A program made the translations under genes and the position numbers. Below the pieces are notes generated by a model. The model was given only the letters and a program-made list of their open reading frames with translations. It ran no database searches and was not told the DNA's origin. Below, piece by piece: positions 1 to 9,350 of a stretch of DNA of 64,000 bases (within the stretch, counting starts at the first letter, position 1; the number at the start of each line of letters is the position of its first letter). The DNA lies in NCBI GenBank assembly GCA_013426015.1, contig CP058998.1:794758-858757 (forward strand), in the 5' to 3' direction. Origin of the DNA: Candidatus Fermentimicrarchaeum limneticum. GTDB taxonomy: Archaea; Micrarchaeota; Micrarchaeia; Burarchaeales; Fermentimicrarchaeaceae.

Positions 1-143
1 TCCATCGTAAGGAGAATTTTGTTGCTTTTCTTGGTGAATTCTATTATGTCGTCGTCATCTATGGATGGCGGGTAGAGCACCTCGACGCCAAGCAGCCTGA
101 GCCATCTTGCAAGCTTCTTCAGCATCGCATCGGCAACGAACAT
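1..143 (-). CDS. Mut7-C RNase (PIN-like) domain protein, 5' part; runs off the window
   Basis: Hand translation from ATG 143 gives MFVADAMLKKLARWLRLLGVEVLYPPSIDDDDIIEFTKKSNKILLTM, which fits the Mut7-C signature F-x-x-D-x-ML-x-x-LARWLR-x-LG. Not in the ORF track. Confidence 0.8.
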   Translation of the reverse strand, partial: MFVADAMLKKLARWLRLLGVEVLYPPSIDDDDIIEFTKKSNKILLTM

Positions 144-176
144 ACATTATTTTAGTGTTGCGCATAAAATAAATAT

Positions 177-2453
177 GTGATAGATGGGATCTCGCTCCAC
201 AACTGGAAATCGCATGAGGACACCCAGTTCAAGTTCGGCGCGGGGACGAACATCCTCGTCGGCCCTATGGGGAGCGGCAAGAGCACTGTGCTTGACGCAC
301 TGTGCTTCGCGCTCTTTGGCAATTTTCCTGCACTGCAGCACAAGAGGGTGAAGCTTTCAGACATCATTATGAGCAGGCCTGCAGCCAAGGACGAGGCGTG
401 GGTTAAGCTTGAACTGACATGGCAGGGTGACCATTACCTGATTGAGAGAAGGATAAGCTCCAAGGGGGGCTCAGAGGCGAGGATAAGCAGGAATGAGAAA
501 CTGCTGCAGGGACCCCAGTCCCAGAGGGTGAATGAGGAGGTTGAGAGGCTTCTGCGGATAGATTACGATCTTTTCACACGCGCGGTTTACTCCGAGCAGA
601 ACAGGATAGACTACTTCCTGAATCTGGGAAGAGGCGAGAGAAAAAAGCAGATTGACGAACTGCTGGGGATAAACAGGTTTGAGGTGATGAGGAGCAACCT
701 CAGCACTGTCCTGAACAGGATAAAGGCGCTGGAGGATGACGGCAGGACAATTCTCAAGGATATGGATGTTGAAAAACTCAAAGAGGATGAGGAAAAGGCG
801 GAGAAGGAATTGAAGGAGCTCCAAGAGGGGATAGCCGGGCTGGAGAAGAAGGCTGATGAAAGCGGCAGAATGAGGAGGGAAGCGGAAGCAGAGCTTCAAA
901 AGATGGAGAAGGTGGAGAAAGACTACACCGAACTAAGTGAGAGGAGGGGTGGGGTGGAGCGCACCGTAGAGAATTTGAATGAGGAGATTGCGAGGAGGAT
1001 GGGTGGCGTGTCACTAGAGGGAGCCGCAAAAGTAGATGAGAAAGAACTTGCCAGTATTGAGAACGAGCTGAAGGATGCCAAAAAACTCGTTGCACAGTAC
1101 AGCAAGGAAGTTGGCTCTGCAAACGAAAAGATGAGGATGATTAAAGAGGAGGTTGAGGAAAGGACGTTGCTTGAAAAGAGGATCAGCGAATTCGGTATGA
1201 GTTCCGCCAAGCTTGAAAATGAGTTGAAGAAAGAGGAGAAGGAATTGAACGAGGCAAGAAGTTCCATGGGATGCTCGGATAGGAGGATTGCTGAACTGGA
1301 TGAGCTGATAACCGAGCTGGGAAGGGGGACCACAAAATGCCCGGTGTGCGAAACTCCGCTTGCGGAGGAGAGGAGGAAGGAGCTTCTCAGAAAAAGGGAG
1401 AATGAGAAGGTGAAGGAAGCGGAGAATGTTTTACATTTGGAAAAGCTTATCTCTGAGAAGGAGGAGTCCCTGAAAAAAACTGCAGAGGAAGTTAAGGAGC
1501 TTGCCGGTAGTGAGGAGAAACTGAGAAGACTGAGGGGTAAGGAGGAACTTGGGAAACTGAGTCTTACACTTCACAACGCAGAGGAGAAACTGAAAGGCGA
1601 GGAGGAAAAAGTCAAGGAAGTTGAGGGCAGGAGGGAGGAGCTGAAGCTTGCACTGGATGTAAAGGAGTACCGGAAGCGCATAGATAAACTGATGGAGGAA
1701 GGGAAGGAGATTGCGAGGAAGATTGCGGAGTTGAAGTTCGACAGAGAATCGATTGAAACAAAGAGGAAGGAGATTGGGAAGCTTAGCGTTGAGGAAAGCA
1801 GGCTTGGAGAGAGGGTCGAGGGGATGAAAAAGGAAGTGAAAAGGGTGGAGGAGAATCTGGATTCCAGAAGGGCGGAGAGGAAGAGGTACGAGGAGCTTGC
1901 TAGGAAAGTCGAGGGATATGGTTCCACGTATGAGAATTTCTCGATATTCCAGAATGCTGTTGCCGAGACGCAGCGGGATTTGAGGGAGGAGCTGATTGGC
2001 GCCATAAATTCCGCAATGGAGGAGATATGGGACACTGTCTATCCCTACGGCGATTATGAGGGGATAAGACTGAACGCGGATGAAGATGATTACGAGCTCC
2101 AGTTCAACGCAGGCGGCACGTGGGTCGGTGTTGACGGCATTGCGAGCGGTGGAGAGAGGTCCAGCGCCAGCATTGCAATGAGGATGGCGTTTGCGATGGT
2201 GCTTGTGCCGAACCTCAGCTGGCTCATACTGGATGAGCCCACACATAACCTTGACGAGGAGGGGAGAAGAGCACTCGGCAGAGTCCTTAGCGAGCAAGCG
2301 CCGAAAATAGTGGAGCAGATTTTCGTAATAACTCACGATGAAAGCCTGAAGGATGCGGCAAACGGCCGCGTGTACCACCTCTGGAGAGACAAGGAAAAGA
2401 ATGGTTCAACAAAAGTGGAAAGCACAAGCATTTTAAATACTGCTGAACAATAA
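177..2453 (+). CDS. rad50: Rad50/SbcC-family SMC-like ATPase
   Basis: Walker A GPMGSGKST, long coiled coil with central zinc hook CPVC, signature SGGE, Walker B/D-loop LILDEPT, H-loop ITH. Confidence 0.92.
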   Translation: MIDGISLHNWKSHEDTQFKFGAGTNILVGPMGSGKSTVLDALCFALFGNFPALQHKRVKLSDIIMSRPAAKDEAWVKLELTWQGDHYLIERRISSKGGSEARISRNEKLLQGPQSQRVNEEVERLLRIDYDLFTRAVYSEQNRIDYFLNLGRGERKKQIDELLGINRFEVMRSNLSTVLNRIKALEDDGRTILKDMDVEKLKEDEEKAEKELKELQEGIAGLEKKADESGRMRREAEAELQKMEKVEKDYTELSERRGGVERTVENLNEEIARRMGGVSLEGAAKVDEKELASIENELKDAKKLVAQYSKEVGSANEKMRMIKEEVEERTLLEKRISEFGMSSAKLENELKKEEKELNEARSSMGCSDRRIAELDELITELGRGTTKCPVCETPLAEERRKELLRKRENEKVKEAENVLHLEKLISEKEESLKKTAEEVKELAGSEEKLRRLRGKEELGKLSLTLHNAEEKLKGEEEKVKEVEGRREELKLALDVKEYRKRIDKLMEEGKEIARKIAELKFDRESIETKRKEIGKLSVEESRLGERVEGMKKEVKRVEENLDSRRAERKRYEELARKVEGYGSTYENFSIFQNAVAETQRDLREELIGAINSAMEEIWDTVYPYGDYEGIRLNADEDDYELQFNAGGTWVGVDGIASGGERSSASIAMRMAFAMVLVPNLSWLILDEPTHNLDEEGRRALGRVLSEQAPKIVEQIFVITHDESLKDAANGRVYHLWRDKEKNGSTKVESTSILNTAEQ

Positions 2454-2487
2454 TTTACCGGAAATTGGCGACTGTTGGTGACACAAA

Positions 2488-2799
2488 ATGGAAGGGGAAG
2501 CGCAAAAAAATCAAGTTGAAGTTCTAAAAAACTCCGGTCTGCTCTCTGAATTTGTGCGCAGCACAGGTGGGAACTGGGAGCAGTCGGATATTGAGAGTCT
2601 GGTGGCCAAACTGAGGGAAGAAAATATAACTGTCACACCTGAGGAGATAGGCACGTTGCTTGAGGCGGAAAAGGTCGCCTGCGCGCAGAAAGTCACAGAC
2701 AAAAAGACTGAAGAGGAAGTCACGGTCAATTTTGACAAACTGAGCCTTCGAAAAAAGAGGGAATTTTTGGGAAGAGAGATTAAAAAGAGTATAAGGTGA
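2488..2799 (+). CDS. hypothetical protein upstream of MinD
   Basis: 103-aa ORF with an upstream TATA-like TTTTAAATA, ending 4 bp before the MinD-like gene. Confidence 0.65.
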   Translation: MEGEAQKNQVEVLKNSGLLSEFVRSTGGNWEQSDIESLVAKLREENITVTPEEIGTLLEAEKVACAQKVTDKKTEEEVTVNFDKLSLRKKREFLGREIKKSIR

Positions 2800-2803
2800 G
2801 GAA

Positions 2804-3544
2804 TTGATTATAACCATCGCGTCCGGTAAAGGAGGAGTGGGAAAGAGCAATCTAGTGGCAAACCTCGGTTTGTGCCTAAGCGACTTCGGTGTCGACACGC
2901 TGATATTCGACGGAAATCTGAGCAACGGAGATCTGTCGTGCATACTCGGTCCGCCTTTCCCTGAGAGGACCATACAGGACGTATTCTCAGATAACGTGAG
3001 CTTCAGCGACGCAGTGTTCACTCATCCTGCTGGGGTGAAGATGGTCGCTTCCAGCCTTTCTATGGATGATATAGATGCCTTGTCCCCGCGGAACCTGTGG
3101 AGGGTCAGGACGCAGCTCAGCAGGGCAGCGGACATCGTCCTTGTGGATGCGCCTGGGACATTGGGCAGCAACACGCTTGAAGCTTTGAGGATAGCCGACA
3201 GAGTAATACTTATAACAACTCCAGAGATAACGTCATTCTCCAACACCCTGAAAACGAAGATGGTTGCGGAGAAGAACGGGATAGAGATTTTCGGAACTGT
3301 GCTAAACAAGGTGAGGAAGAACGAGAAGGGGGTGAGGAGGATTGCCAAGGAGTGGCTTGAAACTCCTCTCTTGTGCAGCCTACCCTATGACAACAATGTG
3401 ATAAAATCCTCAGAATACGGCAGGGCGGTGCTTAGGCACAAGCCAAGAAGTCCTTACAGCGTTGGGATAAGGAAATTCGGGGCAAAGCTGGCCAACGTAA
3501 CATACAAGGCAGCGAGGAAGAAGTCAAAGAGAAAGCGCTCTTAG
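2804..3544 (+). CDS. minD: MinD/ParA-family ATPase
   Basis: Deviant Walker A SGKGGVGKS, switch II LVDAPG, TTPE motif, VLNK; GGTGAGG RBS before the TTG start. Confidence 0.85.
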   Translation: MIITIASGKGGVGKSNLVANLGLCLSDFGVDTLIFDGNLSNGDLSCILGPPFPERTIQDVFSDNVSFSDAVFTHPAGVKMVASSLSMDDIDALSPRNLWRVRTQLSRAADIVLVDAPGTLGSNTLEALRIADRVILITTPEITSFSNTLKTKMVAEKNGIEIFGTVLNKVRKNEKGVRRIAKEWLETPLLCSLPYDNNVIKSSEYGRAVLRHKPRSPYSVGIRKFGAKLANVTYKAARKKSKRKRS

Positions 3545-4456
3545 TTCGGCAGCTGCTTTTTCTGGTGGCATTGTGTTTATTATTATCTCGCTCCCCAGCT
3601 CAAAGCCTGCCAGCTTGGTGACTCTGGGGCAGATTTCAATGTGGAAGTGGAAGTCCTCCTGCGGAGGCGCTATGTGAAGATAGTAGTTATAGGGCGGATT
3701 GTGAAGCAGTTTGCTAAGTGCAGTGAGGATTTTTTTCAAGCTCTCCGCTAATGAATTTTTTTCTTCATCAGTCAAATCAGTGATGTTCCCCACATGCCTC
3801 TTTGGAAGCAGCCATGCCTCAAAAGAAAAGCGCGATGCGAAAGGGGCAAAACATGCGAAATGCTCGTTCTCAAAAATCTTCCTTTCAGAAGCCAGCTCCA
3901 TCGCCACAATGTCGCAGAAGATGCATTTTTTGGTCTTGTCATGGTATTTCCTGTAGGCACAAAGCTCCTTCTCCACGAGTGTGGGAACTTGCGCCAGAGC
4001 TATAAGCTGGCTGTGCTCATGCACGATAGACGTCCCTGCCGCATCGCCGTGGTTTTTGAAAATTAGGACATAGGCTATTCCATCTATTTTGCTTATATCA
4101 TCTATCCTGCTACAGTACATATCTATGACTTCCCTTATGGCACCTACTGCGAGGTCTTGAAGATTTTTGTTGTGCTGGTTCATTTCAACTATGACCTCAT
4201 GCCTCCCAAAGGCCTGAGGAAATTCCAAAGAAGTCGCTGGGTACATATTCTCGAAACCCCTGACAGTCCAGCCATGCGGCCCTTTTATGCTTAGAATCTC
4301 TTTAGGAGTGAGGTGCTCATTCCCGGGGCAGAATACACATGTTCCTTCTTTTACCTCGCATTCCTTCTGTATGAAATCTTTGGGTCTCTTCCCCCTGTTC
4401 TCCGCAATGATGACCCACCTGTCAATGATGCAGTCCTTCCTAAGCTCATTCATCAC
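3524..4456 (-). CDS. galT: galactose-1-phosphate uridylyltransferase (GalT, HIT superfamily)
   Basis: RWVIIAENRGKRP, CVFCPGNE, FKNHG, catalytic HEHSQ, AGFELG. Confidence 0.9.
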   Translation of the reverse strand: MMNELRKDCIIDRWVIIAENRGKRPKDFIQKECEVKEGTCVFCPGNEHLTPKEILSIKGPHGWTVRGFENMYPATSLEFPQAFGRHEVIVEMNQHNKNLQDLAVGAIREVIDMYCSRIDDISKIDGIAYVLIFKNHGDAAGTSIVHEHSQLIALAQVPTLVEKELCAYRKYHDKTKKCIFCDIVAMELASERKIFENEHFACFAPFASRFSFEAWLLPKRHVGNITDLTDEEKNSLAESLKKILTALSKLLHNPPYNYYLHIAPPQEDFHFHIEICPRVTKLAGFELGSEIIINTMPPEKAAAELRALSL

Positions 4457-4462
4457 AACACC

Positions 4463-5971
4463 TCACAGGAATGCTTCAACATCCTTCTTCTTTTTTTCAT
4501 TCAGTTCCTCAAACTTCCTTGCCAGAACGTCAATGTCCTCCCCTTTCGGAGACTTCTTGGAGTTCCTTCTCCTTATCTTCACGAACACGGGGAAGTTGAC
4601 AGCCTCCCCAATAATGAGGGCTTCCCCCACCCTCAGCGTGCTGATGCTCCTAAGCATGGACTCGTCAAGCGCCTCGCACCCTTCTCCTATGTGCTTGATG
4701 TCATATGGGTTGGTCACCCTCATTATTATATGCGTATTTGCCTGCGAGAGAGTGGTTGTGCTGAGCTGCACGGGCCTCTGGCTTATCAGCCCTATAGAAG
4801 CTCCGAACTTCCTGCCCTCCCTGGCTATCTTCTCTATTATGCTCTTTGAGAGCATGTCCTGCTTTGAAGCCTTCTCCCTTGCGAAGTTGTGGGACTCCTC
4901 CACTAGCAGGAGGAAGGGCGGTATCCTCTCCTTCTTCCTTGCTGTGAAAAGCTTCCTTGAGAAGTATGCAACAATGAGCTGCTTCTTCCTCATGTTGTCT
5001 ATCCCGCTCAAATCCAAAACCGAAAGCCTTCCTGAACGAGCAAGCTCATAGACGCTGGGGCTGTCGCTCTTCCCGAATATTCTCAATGATTTCAGAGATG
5101 AGAGGGTTGCAAGCAGCGGTCCTTTCGTCGTCTCCTTCATGTCGCTCTTCTGCACGCTCTCGATCAAATCGTCAAGACCGAAGAGCTCACCCTTGCTCTT
5201 CTTCTCCTGCCTGAGCTTGAGAAGCACGCTGTCTATGTCTCTCTTCTGCGCAGAGCTTAGCTGCGGAAGGAATTCTCCAAGTATCTGGGGCGAAACCTTG
5301 CTCAGGCCTATGCGTATTTTTCTGCCGTCAAAAATGGTTGTATTGCCTCCGTATTCCGGCGAACTTTTGAAACCTCCGTATTCTCCATGGACATCCATTA
5401 TGACTACGGAAACTCTTCCCTGCTCAGGCTTTCTCTCAAGCAGCTCTTCTATCAAGACGCTTGCTAGGTATGACTTTCCTGCACCGCTCATCGCCAGTAT
5501 CGCAAAATGCTTCTGCAGCAGCCTGTTCAGGTTCACCCGCACGTCGAGCTTGTGGTGCTCCAGCTCCCCCAGCCTCAGGCCTTTGTCGTCAAAACCGAGT
5601 ATGCCGCGCAGCAGCTTCTCATCCGCCAGATTCACCTTCGCGCCTGGTGCCGCAGGGAATGTGCTCCTCACGAGATTCTCGTCTATGTAGACTCCCAGAA
5701 CTCTGACATTTGCAATCACGTACTCCCAGTCGGTGGTTGGGAAGTTCTTTGAGAGGGATTCCCCCCCTCTCTCGTATTCGGCAACGCTCTCCGCCCTCTC
5801 GAAATATCTGTTCGCCCGTGTTATGTCCGTCACAAAGCCGATTAGAAGACCTTCCTCTGTTTCAGACTGGACGTAATGGCCTTTCCTGACCTTGTTGTTG
5901 CTCACAACGAAGGAGAAGTCGGTCGTTGAAGGACCGTCCAGAGTTGAGATGACTGTTCCTAGCTCCATCAC
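4463..5971 (-). CDS. herA: HerA bipolar DNA helicase/translocase
   Basis: N-terminal HAS barrel, HFAILAMSGAGKS, DVHGEY, VEESHNF, AREGRKFG, SQRP; nurA lies nearby on the same strand. Confidence 0.9.
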   Translation of the reverse strand: MMELGTVISTLDGPSTTDFSFVVSNNKVRKGHYVQSETEEGLLIGFVTDITRANRYFERAESVAEYERGGESLSKNFPTTDWEYVIANVRVLGVYIDENLVRSTFPAAPGAKVNLADEKLLRGILGFDDKGLRLGELEHHKLDVRVNLNRLLQKHFAILAMSGAGKSYLASVLIEELLERKPEQGRVSVVIMDVHGEYGGFKSSPEYGGNTTIFDGRKIRIGLSKVSPQILGEFLPQLSSAQKRDIDSVLLKLRQEKKSKGELFGLDDLIESVQKSDMKETTKGPLLATLSSLKSLRIFGKSDSPSVYELARSGRLSVLDLSGIDNMRKKQLIVAYFSRKLFTARKKERIPPFLLLVEESHNFAREKASKQDMLSKSIIEKIAREGRKFGASIGLISQRPVQLSTTTLSQANTHIIMRVTNPYDIKHIGEGCEALDESMLRSISTLRVGEALIIGEAVNFPVFVKIRRRNSKKSPKGEDIDVLARKFEELNEKKKKDVEAFL

Positions 5972-6000
5972 ATCAGTTATTCGTTTGCATATTTAAAAGC

Positions 6001-6828
6001 TTATAGAGGGAGTAACTTTCCGATTATTCCTGCAATGAGAGGGAGAAACATGAGCACGACGAGCACAGCAATAAGAATGAAGTAGATGATGGCGGATATG
6101 ACGAAGGATATTATCGCCGACATGGTGTTCAGCTCATTGACCTCCCGTATTATCAGGACATTTAGGAATATGCTGTATACGAAAACTGCAAGTGACACAA
6201 AGACCGAGATGAACGGGCCTATGTACGGTATGATTGAGAGCACAGAGGAGAATATGGTGAGGGGGAACAACGCCAGCATTGCATATGAGAGGATGCAGGC
6301 TTGTTGGATGAATGTGCCTCTCCCACCCCGCAGTTTTGCCGGGAAGTAGAGGATTGCCGATGACACCAGCCATGAGACCATTGAAACTCCAAAGTAGAGT
6401 ATCAGTGCAAACACCATGGAGAACAAAGTTGTTGGAGAGGTGAGGATGCTGATTCCCCGCCCTCCCGACATCACCAGCATTGCATAAACCACCACCATCC
6501 CAAGCCAGATGGTCATTGCGACTGCGTAGAGCATTGTGACGTTCATGGCGCCAGTTATAAGAGAGGCATACTGCTTGAGCCTTCTTATAGTCCTCACGGG
6601 TTCTATGTATAGTGAGGTCACTGCCTCCAGCAGCTGGGGGGCATCCCTGCCTTTGTACAGTTCCTCCTGATTCATCTCAAACGGCAGCATGCTCTTGGGG
6701 GAGCCCAGCATGCTTCCGCAGGCAGGGCACTTGCCGTTCGACGAGAGGGCGCATGAACCGCAGTAGAGGAGGTTGCATTTCTCGCACACTGCAACTGCGT
6801 CCTTGTCAGGATGTTTCGAGCATTTCAT
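6001..6828 (-). CDS. YIP1-family membrane protein with N-terminal B-box-like zinc finger
   Basis: N-terminal C-x2-H...C-x2-C...C-x2-C...C-x2-C, then about 5 TM helices with the YIP1-like AKLRGGRGTF segment. Confidence 0.7.
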   Translation of the reverse strand: MKCSKHPDKDAVAVCEKCNLLYCGSCALSSNGKCPACGSMLGSPKSMLPFEMNQEELYKGRDAPQLLEAVTSLYIEPVRTIRRLKQYASLITGAMNVTMLYAVAMTIWLGMVVVYAMLVMSGGRGISILTSPTTLFSMVFALILYFGVSMVSWLVSSAILYFPAKLRGGRGTFIQQACILSYAMLALFPLTIFSSVLSIIPYIGPFISVFVSLAVFVYSIFLNVLIIREVNELNTMSAIISFVISAIIYFILIAVLVVLMFLPLIAGIIGKLLPL

Positions 6829-6832
6829 CCCA

Positions 6833-7885
6833 TCATCTGAAAGGCCGGCTGTTGCTTCTCAGCGGGAGGAAGGAAACCCTCCTGCCGGCCCTGAGGAGCA
6901 GGTTCCCGCACACCCTGTCCATCTCGTCCCTTTCAAGCGCAGCCCTCATGTCTGCCTCAATCAAGATGGCAGGGTAGGCATATTTCTGATTTATTCTGCT
7001 GAGGGAGTATATTAATGATGCTACTGCTCCCGCATCCTTGCCGGTTTTCAGGAATTCGACTCTCAGCGGTCGGTCATCCCTGACAGGCTTGATGTAGAAT
7101 GCGTGCACGCACGCCCCCCACTCGCCCAGATCCTTCAGCACCTGATGCTCCCTCTCGGCGCTGGAGTAGTGGAACTCGAATGTCCTTTCGCCTTCGTTCA
7201 AAAGGAAGTGGAGGAAGGATGTGTCGTTGGAGGTTGAAAGCGCGCCCCTCTCCTCCCTCGGCAAGATCTTCTCGAGGATTTCTATAAACCTCTTGCCCCG
7301 ACTGTCTTTTATCACTCCCACCAACTGGCACTCCTTCTCCTTGCACAGGGAGTAAAGTCGGTTGTAGCCGCCGAGAAGCTCATCGTAGAGCGGCCTTACC
7401 GGTGAATCCTCGGATGGTTTGTCTGAAATCTGGGGGACGATTGAGCCGTCAAGCAGGATGCAGCCCGGTTCGTATCTCTCAACTGTTTTTGATGCAACAT
7501 CAATCTCCTTCTCCAACCTAGTGAGTGACTTGTGCCACGTGAACTCGTGCGAATCCAGGCCGGTGAGCGCGTAAGGCTCGGGCTCCGGGATTCTTGAGGG
7601 GTAGTAACTGTGCGACACTCTCTTTGAGTTTTTATACTCGAAAACGACGGATACTGCTCTTGTGAGCACCAGGTCAAACCCATGGAACTCTTGCGCAGCG
7701 AGTCCGCCGTCGACTGCGGCAACCTTGCAGTTCAGTTCAACTGGTTCGACCGCATGAATCAGCTTTTTCTCAAGGGCTTCTGGATAGAGATCCCTGTTCT
7801 GCATCCTGAGTTCGCTGGCGAGCGCTGCCCTTCTCTCCTCCAGCTGCTTCATGTTGTCTATCAGCTCAGCGAGCCTCTCATGCAT
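6833..7885 (-). CDS. nurA: NurA 5'-3' nuclease
   Basis: AAVDGG, LLDGS, GVIKDS, RVEF, YPAILIEAD motifs. Confidence 0.88.
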   Translation of the reverse strand: MHERLAELIDNMKQLEERRAALASELRMQNRDLYPEALEKKLIHAVEPVELNCKVAAVDGGLAAQEFHGFDLVLTRAVSVVFEYKNSKRVSHSYYPSRIPEPEPYALTGLDSHEFTWHKSLTRLEKEIDVASKTVERYEPGCILLDGSIVPQISDKPSEDSPVRPLYDELLGGYNRLYSLCKEKECQLVGVIKDSRGKRFIEILEKILPREERGALSTSNDTSFLHFLLNEGERTFEFHYSSAEREHQVLKDLGEWGACVHAFYIKPVRDDRPLRVEFLKTGKDAGAVASLIYSLSRINQKYAYPAILIEADMRAALERDEMDRVCGNLLLRAGRRVSFLPLRSNSRPFR

Positions 7886-7925
7886 ATGCTTATTAATTCA
7901 AAATGGATTTATAAATTAGATTGGG

Positions 7926-8270
7926 ATGAAGCAGGTCATTGTTGTCAGAAGTGATTTGAAGCTTGGAAAGGGGAAGCTGGCGGCACATGTCTCCCATGCA
8001 TCTCTAGCAGGCTACAGGGCTGTCAGGGAAAAGGAGCCCAAAGTTGTTGAGGAGTGGGAGAGGGAGGGGGAGAAGAAGATAGTTGTGAAAGTGAACGGGG
8101 AGAGGGAGCTTTACGAGCTTTACGAGAAGATAAAAAAAGAGATTCCCTGCACCATAATCAAGGATGCCGGCTTAACGCAAATCCCTCCCGGAACTGCGAC
8201 CTGTTTGGTCGTGGGTCCTTGGAAGGATGAGGAAGTGGACAAGTTCACCAAGGACTTGAAGCTACTTTAA
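7926..8270 (+). CDS. pth2: peptidyl-tRNA hydrolase Pth2
   Basis: KQVIVVRSDLKLGKGKLAAHVSHA, KIVVK, DAGLTQIPPGT, LKLL. Confidence 0.96.
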   Translation: MKQVIVVRSDLKLGKGKLAAHVSHASLAGYRAVREKEPKVVEEWEREGEKKIVVKVNGERELYELYEKIKKEIPCTIIKDAGLTQIPPGTATCLVVGPWKDEEVDKFTKDLKLL

Positions 8271-8277
8271 TCTGCTG

Positions 8278-9306
8278 TTATGTGGGGTACTTGGTCTTTC
8301 CAGTGCTGACGATAAGCATTTTCTTATTCTTCGGTAGTTTGTTTTTCATTTGAAGCATTAAAGCCAACCCGGCAATTCCTGAATACTCGCAGTTTACTCC
8401 CTGAGACTCCGCGATTTCCATGGCTTTATCAAGATAATTTTCTTTTATCAAATAAACATCTGAGAGTGGACCGCAAAAGCCTGCATGCCTATAAACTTTT
8501 ATCCACTGCTCGTTGAAGTGCACAAACGGAAGATGCGGGGAATAGAGCTTGTCTGCTTTTGTTCTCGGGTTATTGGAGGTTACGCCCATGAAGTTGCATC
8601 TTCGCAGAACTTCTACATTCCCTCTAAACCTGGGATCATGATTCTTTGTTGAGACCTCTTTTTTGTTTATATTCAGAACATTTTCATACAAATTTCCAGT
8701 TCCAAATGGAATGAAACAGTAGTTCGGGGAACTGTTGAGTATCTCGTAACTCAGCCAGTCGTAATATCTGGTAGTCGGGTCCAAAGCTTCGTTGGAAGTG
8801 ATGTCGAATCCGTTATGGTTATGGGTCAATATCAGAATCTCTTCCCAGCTAAGCGGCTTTTTCGCCAAATCGGTTTCATAAATCTCGCAACCTAATCTTT
8901 TCATTGCTTTTACTGCTTTAGGTTCCACCATGCTGGAATCCACCAAGACTTTTAGAACTGGTAGATCGTATTCCTTCATATACGTCTGGATTGCAACTGC
9001 GGCTGAACCAAATGATATTATAGAGAGGTGCGGTAAGGGCCCCTTGATTTGACCAGTCTTTTTAGCAAGCAGGAAATCGCGGTATGTGACAACCATCTCC
9101 CAGGCCATCCTGTCCTTATGGGTCCCAGTTGGATTTTTGCTCTCATCTTTAAGCCAAACATCTGAGAACCCTGGCACTTCGATTTTAAAAGTCGGTGTGG
9201 CTGGGAATTTTGGATTGTCAGGAGGAAACTCTGGTTTATGGGGGTCGTTCTCAGAAGCAACAAATATGGATTTCAATATTTTTTCTTGTTTTTCTGACAG
9301 TGCCAT
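8278..9306 (-). CDS. PLP-dependent fold-type II enzyme (threonine synthase/cysteine synthase-like), substrate unknown
   Basis: WLKDESKNPTGTHKDR (PLP lysine), PFGTGNL glycine loop, C-terminal VSTG. Confidence 0.75.
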   Translation of the reverse strand: MALSEKQEKILKSIFVASENDPHKPEFPPDNPKFPATPTFKIEVPGFSDVWLKDESKNPTGTHKDRMAWEMVVTYRDFLLAKKTGQIKGPLPHLSIISFGSAAVAIQTYMKEYDLPVLKVLVDSSMVEPKAVKAMKRLGCEIYETDLAKKPLSWEEILILTHNHNGFDITSNEALDPTTRYYDWLSYEILNSSPNYCFIPFGTGNLYENVLNINKKEVSTKNHDPRFRGNVEVLRRCNFMGVTSNNPRTKADKLYSPHLPFVHFNEQWIKVYRHAGFCGPLSDVYLIKENYLDKAMEIAESQGVNCEYSGIAGLALMLQMKNKLPKNKKMLIVSTGKTKYPT

Positions 9307-9350
9307 GTCTCTTTATTCTGCTTTATCTAAAATAAAAGTGTTTCGGTAAG

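Noticed and set aside
1431-2378. Long antisense ORFs (also 4287-5051, 16981-17769, 28275-29168, 33796-34602)
   Set aside because: Shadow frames of well-supported genes, S/F/L-rich as expected opposite purine-rich coding strands.
6008-6021. Partial match GGGAGTAACTTTCC to the 21-bp motif
   Set aside because: Lies inside the last codons of the YIP1 gene, is shorter and mismatched; probably chance.
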